Position numbers and translations under genes: made by a program
Part shown: piece after piece, positions 37,645 to 50,100 of the stretch
How the letters are laid out: each line of letters starts with the position of its first letter
Position numbering within the stretch: position 1 is the stretch's first letter
The notes under the pieces: generated by a model
What the model was told of the DNA's origin: nothing
The model's database searches: none
The model's input: only the letters and a program-made list of their open reading frames with translations
Assembly: GCA_030390025.1 (NCBI GenBank)
Contig: CM059453.1
Span: 7,378,001 to 7,442,000 of the forward strand
DNA from: Squalus acanthias
Taxonomy: Eukaryota
DNA: 64,000 bases
Reading direction: 5' to 3'

Positions 37645-38400
37645 GACCCCTCCAGAGACTTGAGCACAAAAATCTAGGCTGACAGTCCAGTGCAGTACTG
37701 AGGGAGCGCTGCACTGTCGGAGGGGCAGTACTGAGGGACCGCTACACTGTCGGAGGGGCAGTACTGAGGGAGCGCCGCACTGTCGGAGGGGCAGCACTGA
37801 GGGAGTGCCGCTATGTCGGAGGGGCAGTACTGAGGAAGCGCAGCACTATTGGAGGGACACTAACGGGGGAGCGCTGCACTGTGGGATGGGCAATACTGAG
37901 GGAGCGTGGCATTGTCGGAGCACTGTACTGATGGAGCGCTACACTATTGGAAGGGCATTACTGAGGGGGTGCTGCATTGTCGCAGGTCCAATACTGAGGG
38001 AGCGCCGCGCTGTCCGAGGAGCAGTACTGAGGGAGCGCAGCACTGTCGGAGGGGCAGTACTGAGGGAGTGCTGCACTGTCGGAGCTGCCGTCTTTCAGAT
38101 GAGACGTTAAAGCAAGGCCCTGTCTTCCCTACAGGTGAACGTAAAAGATGCCATTGCCACTAATCCGAAGAAGAGCAGAGAATTTTCCCCGGTGTTATTG
38201 AACAATATTTATCCCTCAATCAACATAACAAAAACAGATGATCGGGTCATTATCAAATTGCTGTTTTTGGGAGCTTGCTGTGCACAAATTGGCTGCCACG
38301 TTTCCTACATTACGGCAGCGACCACACTTCAAATGTACTTCATTGGCTGTAAATCACATTGGGACGTCCTAAAAGGCGCTATAGAAATGCAAGTGTTTCT
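37645..38400 (+). mobile_element. Deu-domain SINE (SacSINE1/AmnSINE1-like) with internal tandem expansion
   Basis: gccgtctttcagatgagacgttaaa...aaagatgccattg Deu-like core; 3' ggcgctatagaaatgcaag; more decayed relatives at ~14860-15180, ~41250-41480, ~56910-57230. Confidence 0.75.
37692..38085 (+). repeat. 34-bp minisatellite (gcagtactgagggagcgctgcactgtcggagggg), ~11-12 units
   Basis: Direct tandem units visible inside the SINE. Confidence 0.88.
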
Positions 38401-38728
38401 GTTCTTTTTGTTCCGAAATGAAATCAAAGTTCGAACTGGGAAATTATTTTTTTATTATTAAAGCAGATAAAAAAGTTTAAAACTACATTGGTAATTCATG
38501 CCACCTTCCTGCACAGTTTCGGTAGTATGTTTGGAGTGCAGAATCTTTGGGATTGTAAATCAAATCGTCTCACAAAGAGATTTTAAACCGTTAGCTATTA
38601 CTCTCGGAAAGATATCCATTATCACAGCACTTCCTGGAGTGCGAATTTGTGTTCGAACTCATAATCAACAATTGTGTGAAGATATTGACCTGTTCCATCT
38701 GTCAGAATAGGGTGAATGCCGCTGATTT

Positions 38729-41700
38729 TCATTTGCTTTTAATTGCGGCGTATTCACTGGACTCTTCGTGCTGGAGATATCGCTTCTGCTTTCGAACGTT
38801 TGAAACACTGACAGCTGCATACAGGTCCTCTTCACTTTGAGTTGACTGGTTTGATGGAGCCCCTCTCACACCAGTGTTTCTATATTTGTCTTGGCTCTGT
38901 AACAGAAGGTATTGCGTTAGATGTGGAGGTACTGAACCGTGTGAGAGTGCGCTTACTGTACCAGAATAACTCGTTTTATTCCATCACTGCCGCCATTCTA
39001 ATTATCCTATTACGCTACTTCTGCCTCCAAAAGGAAACCTTGGGCTTCTGCTGGCCCCGAGGACCGGCACGCAAAGAGTTATTGCCCCCTCCTTATCACT
39101 TAGCCGACTGATTTAGATAGCGTCGCGAACGTTCTGAGGAGCGGTACCAAACAACATTTGAGACCGACCAATAATGTCCCTTTATAAATGTATTAGGTTC
39201 ATATACCACTTACATTGTACAGAAATTTGTGTGGAGCTGTTTGCGGTACCCAGGTTATTTTCAGCCACGCATCAATACTCCCCCTCATCTTCAGAACTAA
39301 TGCTGTGAAATATCGGCTTTCGTTCACCGGTGGAAGACCTGCTGATCACTTTATCATCTAGGAGCAATGCTAAACTGACAGGCGGGATCCCCAGTGCCGT
39401 TCAGTATAATAATAACGATCTTCCTTCCACTGTTACAACAGAGCAATTGTCGCTTGGTTTCCACAGTGCATCTGAAACACGCAAGAACATTGGTGTTACA
39501 GGAAAATGTCGGAGCAGAAGTTTAGAAACCAATCCGGTTGAAAACCAACGAAGAATATTAAAGCAGATATGGTGTTTATATTGTCAACTGTAAATTGAAA
39601 AGCCAGCTTGAGATTGTTGGTGTTCCATCGACAAGCTTATTTAGATCTGAACCATGCTTTAACTCAACCTTTCCTCTTCTTCTCTTCAAGGAGTTGTAGT
39701 GACTTCCTGGATGTGGTTCTGCTCCACCGATACGTCACTCAAGCGGCCATTCCTCCCAGAGCAAGAACAGTGGGCTCTCACATCCCTTAAGCAGAGCTGT
39801 TGAGGCCAATTGTAGTAACCCGACCATCGCCCCAGCCAACTCGACACAGACCATCTGTGTCAGGTACTCTCTGGCTGCAACTATATCAGGAATTAGGAGC
39901 CTTTGGAATAACATTTGACGTAAAAGACAACGATGGAGCGACCAATATTACTCTATGGGTCTGTGTCAATGTTAAACAATAGAACTTACAATAAATCTCG
40001 GACAGTCCATTTGATTAATTGATTATAGAAACATACGCCATTCTGCACTTCGAGTCTGTTCCACGAATCAATTAGATCATGGTTAATCCATATCGTAACT
40101 CCGTCTACCCGCCTTTGCTTTAATGTAACCCTTAATAGCCTTAACAAATAAAAAATCTATCCATCACAGTTTTGACATTTTCAATTTTCCAGGCCAGCTA
40201 TCACTCCCCTTAGAATAAGGACAAGTTTGGATCCAATTTACCAACAGGATAGTAGAATGAAGGTTACAGCAGTTACTTACAGTCCAGATGTAAGTGTTTC
40301 TTGAACGGTAACCACGACACCATCAACAACAAGCTTACATCACATCATTTTCCCTTTACGGTCCAGTGATAGAGTGAACGTGAATGTTGATGAAACCGTC
40401 CAGGAACCATCGACATTTTTCCACTGTGTCTTGAAGATTTAATCTCTTGTAGTGAATGAAGATTATCCTCGTCCTGAATCCACATCAGTTCATGTTTGGC
40501 AGACGGGAAACTGGTGGTGACTGAGCAGGTCAAATGTGCTGTTTGTCCAGCAATCAGGTCCCCAGAGACTGATATCCATGACTTATCTGTAAGGAGAGAA
40601 AAAAATTCGCGTCACTGTGGCTTGCAATACAAAAAAAAGTGGAGTGAAAGTCAAGGCGATTCAGCCCAACGCCTGAGATAATATCTTGAATAAAAATTAC
40701 TTTTTTTTGCACTTGATCTCTTGTGACGGACACGAACTCGATGGGCCGAATGACCTCCTTCTGTGCCGTTATGATTCTATGGTGCAGGGGAAGGAGCCTA
40801 TTGGCAGTTATTAATTAACGGTTACGGAATCAATCGATTGATATATGTGTTCTTGAACCGAATTATCACTCACTATATCACATGAATTATTCATTGCTGG
40901 CCTGTTTCTTATAGCTCAGTCACCACTCTATTGCACACAAGTGATTTAACTCAACATTAGGTCTGACAAACATAGAAAACTGGGTCCAAGATTATGTTCC
41001 ATATCTGCAGTTGGGATAGAATCTTGGATACTCTTATACTATTGGCTCAGTGTCACGTGAAACGCTTAATTTACCCTATGAGTCACAGGGGTGAATTTAA
41101 CACTTGCTTCTCATTAATTTGACCTCGTTTAAGGTCGTGTAGGGAGCCCTGCAGATGGTCTTCAGGGAGAGGAAAAGGTTAACTATCCTCGTTTGTTCCC
41201 ATTAACAACAGAGCGAAAGTGCAAAGATATCAAAAGAAAGCAAGACCCGGTTAGGGGTTCAAGCCGCACTTCAGAGACTAAAGCACAAGCTGTAGCCTGG
41301 CACACCATTGCAGTACTGATGCAATGCTACAATGCTGGAGATGCCATCTTATGGATGAAACGTTAAACCGATGTCCCGTCTTCCCTCACAGGTGGATGTA
41401 AAATATCCCAATGTATTATTTCAAATGCCCCGTGTCCTGGTTAACATGTTGCATCAACCAGCACCTAAAACAAATCATCTGATCCCTATTGCATTGCCGA
41501 GATATCGCTCCTATCCTTAAATGTTGTCCACTTATTCCCTCTCAGAAGTACAAACCCTGACATTTTTGTCTTGAATCCACTAAGGATTGAATTTTGACCC
41601 GCCCGTCTTTACATCTGAATACAACATTTAGTGTTTCTCTTTCTAACTGAACATTAAAGCATACTTCTGTAAGTGTGTAAGAATGGCAGTGCTGAATATC

Positions 41701-44249
41701 TGTTCAGGTCAAAACATAACAAGTCAACTGGTTCAGATGGGATGCATCCTCGGTTGCTCAAAAGCTAGGATGGATATAGCAGAAGCTCTGACCACAATCT
41801 TTCAATCCTCCTTGGATATTGGAGTGGTACCAGAAGACTAGAGCATTTCAAATTTTACACCGCTGTTCAAAAAAGTGGAGACGGATGAACCTTGTAACTA
41901 AAGCTTAATCAGTCTAACGTCAGTGGTGAGAAAGCTAATTAAGTCAACTGTGAAGGACGAGATTAATTCTCACTTGGAGACGCATGGATTTATTAGGGAC
42001 AGCCAGCAGGGCTTTGTTAAAGGCAAATCGTGACTGACTATCCTGATTGAGTTCTTTGATGAAGTAATAGAGAGGGTTGATGAAGGTAATGCAGTAGATG
42101 TTGTATATGTGGACGTTCAAAAGGCATTAGATGAAGTAACTCATAACAGATTATTCGGGAAATAGAAGAACAGTGTATTTAAAGGATGGTGGCCACGTGA
42201 TTACGAAATTGGTTAACGGATATGAGGCAGAGAGTCGTGGTGAACGGCTGCTTTTCTGATATGAGCGAAGTATGCTGTGGGATCCGCCAGTGGGTCGATA
42301 TTAGGACCATTGCTATTCTTGTTCTATATAAATGATCTGGACGTGGGTATTGGGAGTAACGTTTCGAAGTTTGCTGGTGAGACAAAATTTGGCAACGTAT
42401 TATATATTGAGCATGATTATAGCAGACTTCAGGAGGACATCTACAGACTGTTAAAATGGCCAGGCACATGGCAGATGCAACTTACTGCGGATAAGTGTGA
42501 AGCAGAAATGCACTTTGGGAGAAATATATGGAGAGATCACATACTCTAAATAGTAATATTTTGAGGGAGGCTGCAAGAACAGAGGGACATGGGGTACATA
42601 TTGACAAATCTTTGAAGATGGCAGGGTAAATTGATAAGGCGTTTAAAAAGAAAGTTCATAGGATACTTCGGTTCTTTTTACATGGGGCATTGAAAACAAA
42701 AACAAGGAAGTCATGCTCAAGTTTCACAAACCTCTGGTTTGGCCTCAGCTGGAGTTTTGTGTGCAGTTCTCGGCACTACACTTGAGGAAGGAGATCAAGG
42801 CCTTGGAGGAGGTACAGAAGAAGTTTGCCAGGTTAATACCAGGGACGAGGAAGTTCAGATACGTGCAGAGATTGGAGAAGTTGGGCTTGTTCTCCTTGTA
42901 GCAGAAAAGGATAACGGGAGACCTAACAGTGTTATTCAAAAGTGAGGGGTTTTGATAGAATAATTAAGGAGAAACCATTTCCTCTGGCTTTTGGGTTGGT
43001 AAACAAAGATCTCACATTTAAACCAATTGGCATAAGAACTCGTGAGGAAATGGGGAAAAATGTCTTCTCCCAGAGGGTTGCTAAGATTTAGAATGCACCA
43101 CCTGAAAGGATGGTGGAATCCGTTTCAATGGGGAATTTTTAAAAGCAATTGGAGCTGTCCTAAAACAAGGCTGATTTACAGGGTTCTGTGGAAAAAGATG
43201 GGGAGTGGGACTGAATTGTATAGCTGTTTCAGAGAGCCGGCACAGGCGTGGTGGGCCGAATGGCCTTCTTCTGTGCTGTAAAATTCTATGATTCAATGAT
43301 TCTATTCTATAACACACTCATTGGTATCATGCAGTGTACCAGCCCTGCCGCTGTAGCCTGTGACTTCGGCCAAGAGTAACAAGAAATATTTACATTTAAG
43401 CTCAAGTTAAATGGCACTGAGGAGATGGACGATAAACTAAAAAGGAACAATTCAAAAAACATACATAAAACAGAAAGGGTGATCTAAGACCCGGTAGAAT
43501 ATCCTTCTATATTATTGTGGGCGGTGATGACCTTCAATATAAAATAATAGGCACCTTGATCGCGCTTGCTGATGTCCTTTAACCTTAACCTTTCTTTATA
43601 AATTCGCTGGTGAACTCAGCTCGACCGCTATATTTCAAGGGCACTTTGTCTGAATCCCGGGAATCATAGATAATCGAGACCCCTGAATTTCCAGGATGAG
43701 GACCACCCTTTAACCACATACCCTGTGGACTGCGTCCAGAGGTGGGATAATCAGATGTACACTGATCTCTGCACATGAGCCGTTCACCGCCGACACCTTC
43801 CACGGCACCTTCACAGACCATCGTGAACTATGGACAACTGATGAAAAAATAGAAATTATACACTCATTCAAATCCGCAATAATATAGCAATTAAAAAAAA
43901 CCTTGACCGACAAGTTAAAAACTATTAATTTAACTTTTAAACACCCACTAACATATTCATTAGTACATCTAATGAAATTCATGCAATTTTCTCCAAAACT
44001 CTTTAAATTTTATTAAATATTACATTGCAAACCAATAATTCATAGTGCAATTATCAAATGAATCCTTTATAATACCTAATAAAGTTCTGAATAAAATATA
44101 CATTAAATACCCACTGTCTGAGTACACAAATCATTGACTAACCATGTGCTATGGCTAAAACATTGTTATTTTGTGTGAAATAAATTATTAAAAATGAAAA
44201 TTTTACCTTCGCTAAATATCAGAATGGAAATAAATCTAATACTCTTCAT
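38729..44249 (-). pseudogene. Pseudogene C: divergent Siglec/MAG-like paralog
   Basis: Leader 44249-44207 (MKSIRFISILIFSE). V exon 43837-43465 with frameshifts and stops. C2 exon 40586-~40281 with frameshift and stop. C2 exon 39471-39214 with two TGA stops at Cys and Trp codons. Intact-frame terminal exon 38896-38729 (EDLYAAV...SSEYAAIKSK*). No proximal-Ig, TM or first cytoplasmic exon recognisable. Confidence 0.85.
41680..43310 (+). mobile_element. Degenerate CR1 in pseudogene C intron
   Basis: Fragmented RT (GSILGPLLF, KFAGET, LEFCVQF) and attctatg tail. Confidence 0.82.
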
Positions 44250-45089
44250 GACTGGTGGAGTTTGACGATGTCAAAATGACATAAATTGTTTTTATCTCAG
44301 ATATAAGTGATGTAGTTTCTGTGTTCGGTTCGCCAGTAATATATTGGAGTTCGTAATGAATCGAATCAGAGTATTAGGAGGGCAGCTGTTCGCCACCCAC
44401 CAATCACTGGGAACCGTGGTAGATCACACAGCTTTCGCCACTCCTCAAATGTTGGTGATATAAACTGCTGGAATACTGGGACTCCTTAAATATAACAGTT
44501 TATATCAGTGTGTGGCCAACTGTTGCACGATATATGAGGCTCACTTACTGCTAAAGAACCCTGAGCAGAGATATATCCAGCCACCTCATCATCTGCACAG
44601 TTGCAGGACAGGCAGTGGCACTTTAGATTGCAAGATCTAAAATTGCCTTCTACATCAACTTTAGACGCCTCGACTCTCAACGTCCACACACTGAGCTAAT
44701 TATCAGCGCTTGAACTGCGAGCGTTTCAAGTCTGAATCTGTGGTTAGTTATGTAGCCGTTGTCGACAGACGTGTGGGTTGATCACCTTCAGTAGTTCGGG
44801 GGCACAACACGTATCTGAAATGTCAAATGTTCAATTGTTTCTCAGAAAACAGTTACAAGAGCGTAAACTGTCATTTTTATAAGTGACTTCAACTCTTTAT
44901 ATTAACATTCCAGCGAGCTGAAATCTGCTGAAATTAACTCATTGAGATCCGAATTGCTACAATGACAGGTTTATGAAGATTCTGACTTTAGTGTTAGAAC
45001 TGTGAGGTGTGACTTGAGCTTTTAGATTCGAGTCTCAGCGCTGCTGGAAAGAATGTGGATATTTTTTATCTACGGGAACAAATCCCTGC

Positions 45090-45273
45090 GATGTGTTTTC
45101 AGAACCAGGTCTCAGCTTGGCTTTACTGACCAATTTAGGGATGTGTGTTCAGACACAGGTCTCAGCTTGGCTTTACTGACTAGTTTAGGGATGTGTGTTC
45201 AGACCCAGGTCTCAGCTTGGCTTTACTGACTAGTTCAGGAATGTTTGTGCAGACCCAGGTCTCAGTTTGCTTT
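45090..45273 (+). repeat. 50-bp tandem repeat, ~3.5 copies
   Basis: gatgtgtgttcagacccaggtctcagcttggctttactgactagtttagg units. Confidence 0.88.
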
Positions 45274-45944
45274 AACAATAAAATAAGCCATAATGTCTGG
45301 TCAATCCCAGAGTGGCGGTTGGTGCAATGCAACCTGCTCAATGAAGCTCCACACAAGGCCTAGTTTGCTGAGCTTCCTTCCTACATTTCAATTCTTCACT
45401 GTTTACAGGCCACTAAGGACATGCATTTTTTGCTAAAGTTCATCTCTTATTATCGTTACTTTCTGAATTTGTACCTAATACCTTCATGTTCACTGTGCAT
45501 ATCTTTACAGTCTCCCTCTCGCTGTGTTCCTCTCCTATTCTCTCGGTGCCTAGTTCTAACTAGTTTAGTAAAGGTGGCAGGGATTTTCCGCTGGTGGATT
45601 AATTGCAAACGGCACACAGAATACGCTGCAAATTGTGCCAATTTAACGAGCTAAAGTTACGTTCAAGTTTCCACTCACACTTTGAAGAGCATAAGCCCCC
45701 AATGTTAACTCTCCCATGAACCTGGGCAATTGAGCGGAATCGATGCGTGGCTGGAACAGGGGGCATTTCCACAGCATCGCAAAGCGGGGTGGGTTTCTTG
45801 AGAAATGAGCCATTCTTACGCTTCTCTGATTGGCCAGTGAGGATGACGTGCCACCAATCTAATAAAAATTAACACAATTGCCCCATTATTACTCAGAATC
45901 AAAAAGGTCCAAATTGTCATTAAATATAAGGAGAAACTTTGTGA

Positions 45945-46250
45945 AATTATAACATTTTTGGTCGTATCGACAATGCTCTCTCGTCCCTCCGGTGTCCACC
46001 GCTCGCGGAAGGCCTCAGGCATACCGAGAATCACCGCATGCTCCCACTCAAGGAACACAGGAACGTGTTGGGAGGCAGGCAATCAGACCAAATGGTCCCC
46101 TGGAACGGGTGCTGCCTGGACCTGTGAATGGCCACCTTGACCAAGCCCAGGAGCTGACCCACGAGGAGGTCCGGCCAATTCCCCTCCGCACCCGGTGGCC
46201 AATGAAAATTACTGTGTCTCCCGAAATTGACCACACTCATCTGTTTGGCC
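45945..46250 (-). mobile_element. Tx1/L1-clade LINE ORF2 C-terminal remnant
   Basis: Frameshifted DLLVGQLLGLVKVAIHRSR...VFLEWEHAV...EAFRERW, resembling Tx1-like ORF2 termini. Confidence 0.65.
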
Positions 46251-46508
46251 GAAACTATTGGTTAAATCAATTTTATCTGTGTCTGTTACAGCAATACTTG
46301 TATTTATGACAGGAACCTTAAATCCATTTCACACGTCCCAGACCTCATAACTAAATTTCAATAAATGCACTGCAACAAATAGGATGGAATTTGTGTTTAG
46401 TTCTGCAAAATTACTGAGCTTGAGTGTGAATGTAAAGAGTTAAATCAATTAGAAGAAAGGCTGTTTACCACAGCGTAAAACGGTTAACTGTCAAGCAGCT
46501 CCTATCTA

Positions 46509-46561
46509 TGACATCAGAGATGCATATTAGAGCGCTCCTCAATGAAGGAAACGAAACCACA
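46509..46561 (+). promoter_or_regulatory. Candidate leukocyte promoter of gene B (CRE-like, EICE, RUNX)
   Basis: TGACATCA 46509-46516; GGAAACGAAA (GGAAnnGAAA) 46547-46556 overlapping AACCACA 46555-46561; candidate 5'UTR donor aaat|gtgagt at 46654. Confidence 0.45.
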
Positions 46562-47082
46562 CGTCCACAGACTGCAGCAGGCTAACTAACTGTCGTGACA
46601 CCTCTGCAACATTCATCTGGTATTAGCTGCCTGAAAGCTGAATATGTGTGAAATGTGAGTCAGAGTCATCTGCAAGCGTGGGCTTCGCATTCTGTCGCAG
46701 CCGCCTACATATCAGCATCATAAGTAACTGTACATTTCGTGTTTGTATGTGTTTGTTCGAGAGAGAGAGAGATAGATGTTGTTTCTGTATTAAGTATTAT
46801 TTTGCAGCGGTTAAACTTACCGTAACATCATATTCTGTTACAGTCGGTCACACGCAGCCCATGCACATGATGTGCTAGCTGCCTACCTCACCAACGGAGC
46901 TGATTGAGTGAGCACTGTTCCTACACATCGGTAGCAACCGAATCGGACTTCCCCCATAGTCTGATGCTGATTAGCAAAGAAATCCAAGATGTGACTGGAA
47001 AGAACAATGCTTAAATCTGAATGGTGTAAATTGTGAACTGGGTTCTTCATTTTGCGAGTGAAATCGGCAGCAGTGTCCAGCC

Positions 47083-47125
47083 ATGAGGAGTTGCGTGCTG
47101 CTGCCTCTCATAATGTTGACAGAAG
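47083..47125 (+). CDS. Gene B signal-peptide exon
   Basis: gccATG Kozak context; [14 protein letters not shown] + G|gtac, 43 nt, phase 1; same size as the leader of pseudogene C. Confidence 0.82.
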
Positions 47126-50100
47126 GTACATTTCTGATGTTTTTTTTACAATTTCTGCAAGGGATTTATATCTTGTGGGAAAGGAACAGCAAAATAACGA
47201 ATATGAATGACTTTTTTGTTATTGATTTCAGAACTTGTGAAATAGGAATTTCATGATTGTTTAACGCGTGCATTGTTGTTGTATTATAGCGTATACAGCC
47301 TATTCAAATAATATTTAAATACAGGAATTTCAAAATAATTTTTTATTGTAAAGCACATTTAATAAAATTTACTTCATATTGTTTGATTGATTCAAATGAG
47401 CTTCAATAGATGTTTAATATTTATTTTAATCAATATTTTAATATATATTTAATGAGAATTTTTATTGGGCGTTCGCTTACTTGTTAGTGGAAATGTATTC
47501 GTTTTTTAGATGAGTATTAATTTTTTATATTGCCGGTTCATAAATCTCCCATCAAATAGGTATTCCTATGGCCAATTCCATAGGTGTTGTGATTGGAAAT
47601 GATTCAGTATTTTTTTCTTGATTTTCAAGAGACCTTCACTGATATTTGAATTGCTATTGTGATGGGCGACTATTTGTCAATTAACAAATACTTTAATGGA
47701 TGACAAAGATGCTGAAATGCATTTTGAGTGACTAATGAAAGGGTGTCTAAATTATTTTTCTCAGTTGTTTTTAGTGCTGAATTCTCTGTGATGATACCAA
47801 AAGCTATGTCGGCGGTGGCCGGTTCATGTGCAGAAATCCGCTGTAGGTTTGGTTATCCAGACTATCGGAGAATCGGTGATGTGACGTGGTTAAAGAGGGA
47901 ACATGCTCCTGGTAACCAAGGTTACTCCATTATCTATGATTCTAAAGATCCATACAGGCAGCATTATAACTATGGTGGAGGAGCTGAGTTCAAGTGTAAC
48001 ATTGAAAAAAAACAATGTTCCCTCCTGCTAAAGGATATCAGGAAGAGCGATGAGGGTACATACGAACTCAGCATCGCGAACGCTTCGGCCTGGTCTATTA
48101 ATGGACGTCGCAGTCAGCGTCCGCACGTATTTCTTTCTGTTTTAGGTGAGTATTCCATTTGATCCTTTTTTTGTACATTTTCACTCCAGTGCTTCAGTAT
48201 GAATCAACCTATGTGCAAAGTGGCCATATATTATAATATTCCTTACCGATCTCAAAGGGTAGTTGAAACAAAGGGTGCAGGGATACTGATAAGGGTCGCA
48301 GATGTCTGATATCCTAAACACAGAAGTATACAGACATTACAACAGTAAAACAGGCCATTCGGCCCAGCCAGTTTGTGTTGCTGTTGGACCTTCACATGAG
48401 CAACACTCCGAATCGCATTTGCCTGCTCAGTTCACATATCCCTTTATTGCAATTCCCTTCCAACACGTGTCGAACCAATTAAGAAATATCCACATGAGGC
48501 TAGATTCGTACTTGTTGACTGAACCTAAAACTGACGTTGTAGGTCGTACTTACAATACATAATCCAGCAGCTCATTATTTCCAATGAAATGAAAGGTAAT
48601 GAAACTAGGCCGGTAATCTGGAATGAGAGATTTGACCAGGGCGGCCATTTCAAATTCTACTTCAATCTGCTTCTATCTCCTCTGTCCTGTTGCTTAATAA
48701 GTTTAAGCACTTCTGTCAAATCATCCCAAAGTCTGTTTTATCCTTATAAGATCTGCCCCAATTATTAAATACTTGCTTGGTATTTATTCATCCTCATACC
48801 AGCCAGAAACTACGCGAAGCCGCCCTAAATCCTTCCTCTAGTCTGGAGCCCAATAACCGCATTAACACTCCAACTGTGAACTGACTACTGCTCTCGCTAA
48901 AATCTCCACTGATCTCGAATTTATATTATTGATCTCTTGCCATTAAACCCAGAGCTCTAGAAACATCTTCATACACTTTCCCACTGGAAGTGCCACTTTT
49001 ACTCTCTCATGAACCTGACCCCAAAATCCTCCGCTCTTCCACATCTCCCAGCTTTCTACCGTTCAAATTAGCATCTCCCAACTCATATATTCTGACCTTT
49101 AATTATATCTGCATCTTCTGTCCCCATTCTACTATATCTCCTGTATCCGTTTGTAACTCGCTATAGTTCTCTATTTATCAACTGGGAGTCGTACTTGCAA
49201 GTTTGGCATGGGTGTCAAACTGGAGATATTGGATTCGCCTCTAATTGTACACCACGCCCAATTTTCATTTTGATAGAATCCAATTAATTCCTGACGGGAA
49301 ATTTTGACATCATTCTCTTGCGCGCCTCTCCAAATTATTGATGCACACAGTGAGTAGAAGAAATCCCACAGGACAACCCTGTGGGACACCGTACTGGATC
49401 CAGCTGTTCTGAGCAACTGCGCTTAACAGCGACTCACTACATCGTCCCTTCTGAACAGTTTGTATTGTAATTTCTCCCTAATCCTTAAATACAAACCTCT
49501 TAATATCTTCTCCAATAATCTCCTGTGTTTACCGTCTGCAATCGCTGCTTGATTACATTTCAAATTACTTCTTGGTGAAGCGTCTTTTGACGCCGCGAGT
49601 ACTTAAAAAGCGTTGAATTAATTCAGTCTTTGTTCGTGCCTTTCCCTATCCAGCGCTCATTTACCCCGCTTTTAATTAGATCTTAATTAAAAATTAGATA
49701 TTTCAGTTACGTGAAAAACTGTTCAAGTTATCATTTATTTTTTCATTCAAATTCCACGGCTATAAATATTATTTCTGCTGAAGCCTTCTTCAGATTTACA
49801 CGCGAGGAACCTGGGCTGGTTCTCCAACCCAAGGTGGTGTTACCCGTCGTTTGTCTGGTCTTTCTATGTCTTGAGCATTGTCGTTCTATATTGACGTTTC
49901 TTGACAGCAGAATCGAGATCTCTCTGGGTCTGCATTAATCACCATCACATAGGCAATTGCTGGTGCAGAACGAGGTGTACGAAAGGATGAAATATTCGTG
50001 ACATTTTGAGGAGATAACGTTAATTCAAAGTCCAGCGTGCAAAATTTGTTCACTGGACAATATCCATAATACAAATAATTTGGAGATAATAAGACTCATG

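Noticed and set aside
38950-39110. Possible TM exon of pseudogene C (cag...gtaagc on the minus strand), which would suggest an activating paired receptor
   Set aside because: The frames I read contain stops, with no hydrophobic run or similarity to the A/B TM exons; no evidence for a charged-TM activating paralog here
45090-45273. CRISPR-like appearance of the 50-, 34- and 67-bp repeats
   Set aside because: Contiguous tandem units with no unique spacers, in eukaryotic DNA with no cas genes
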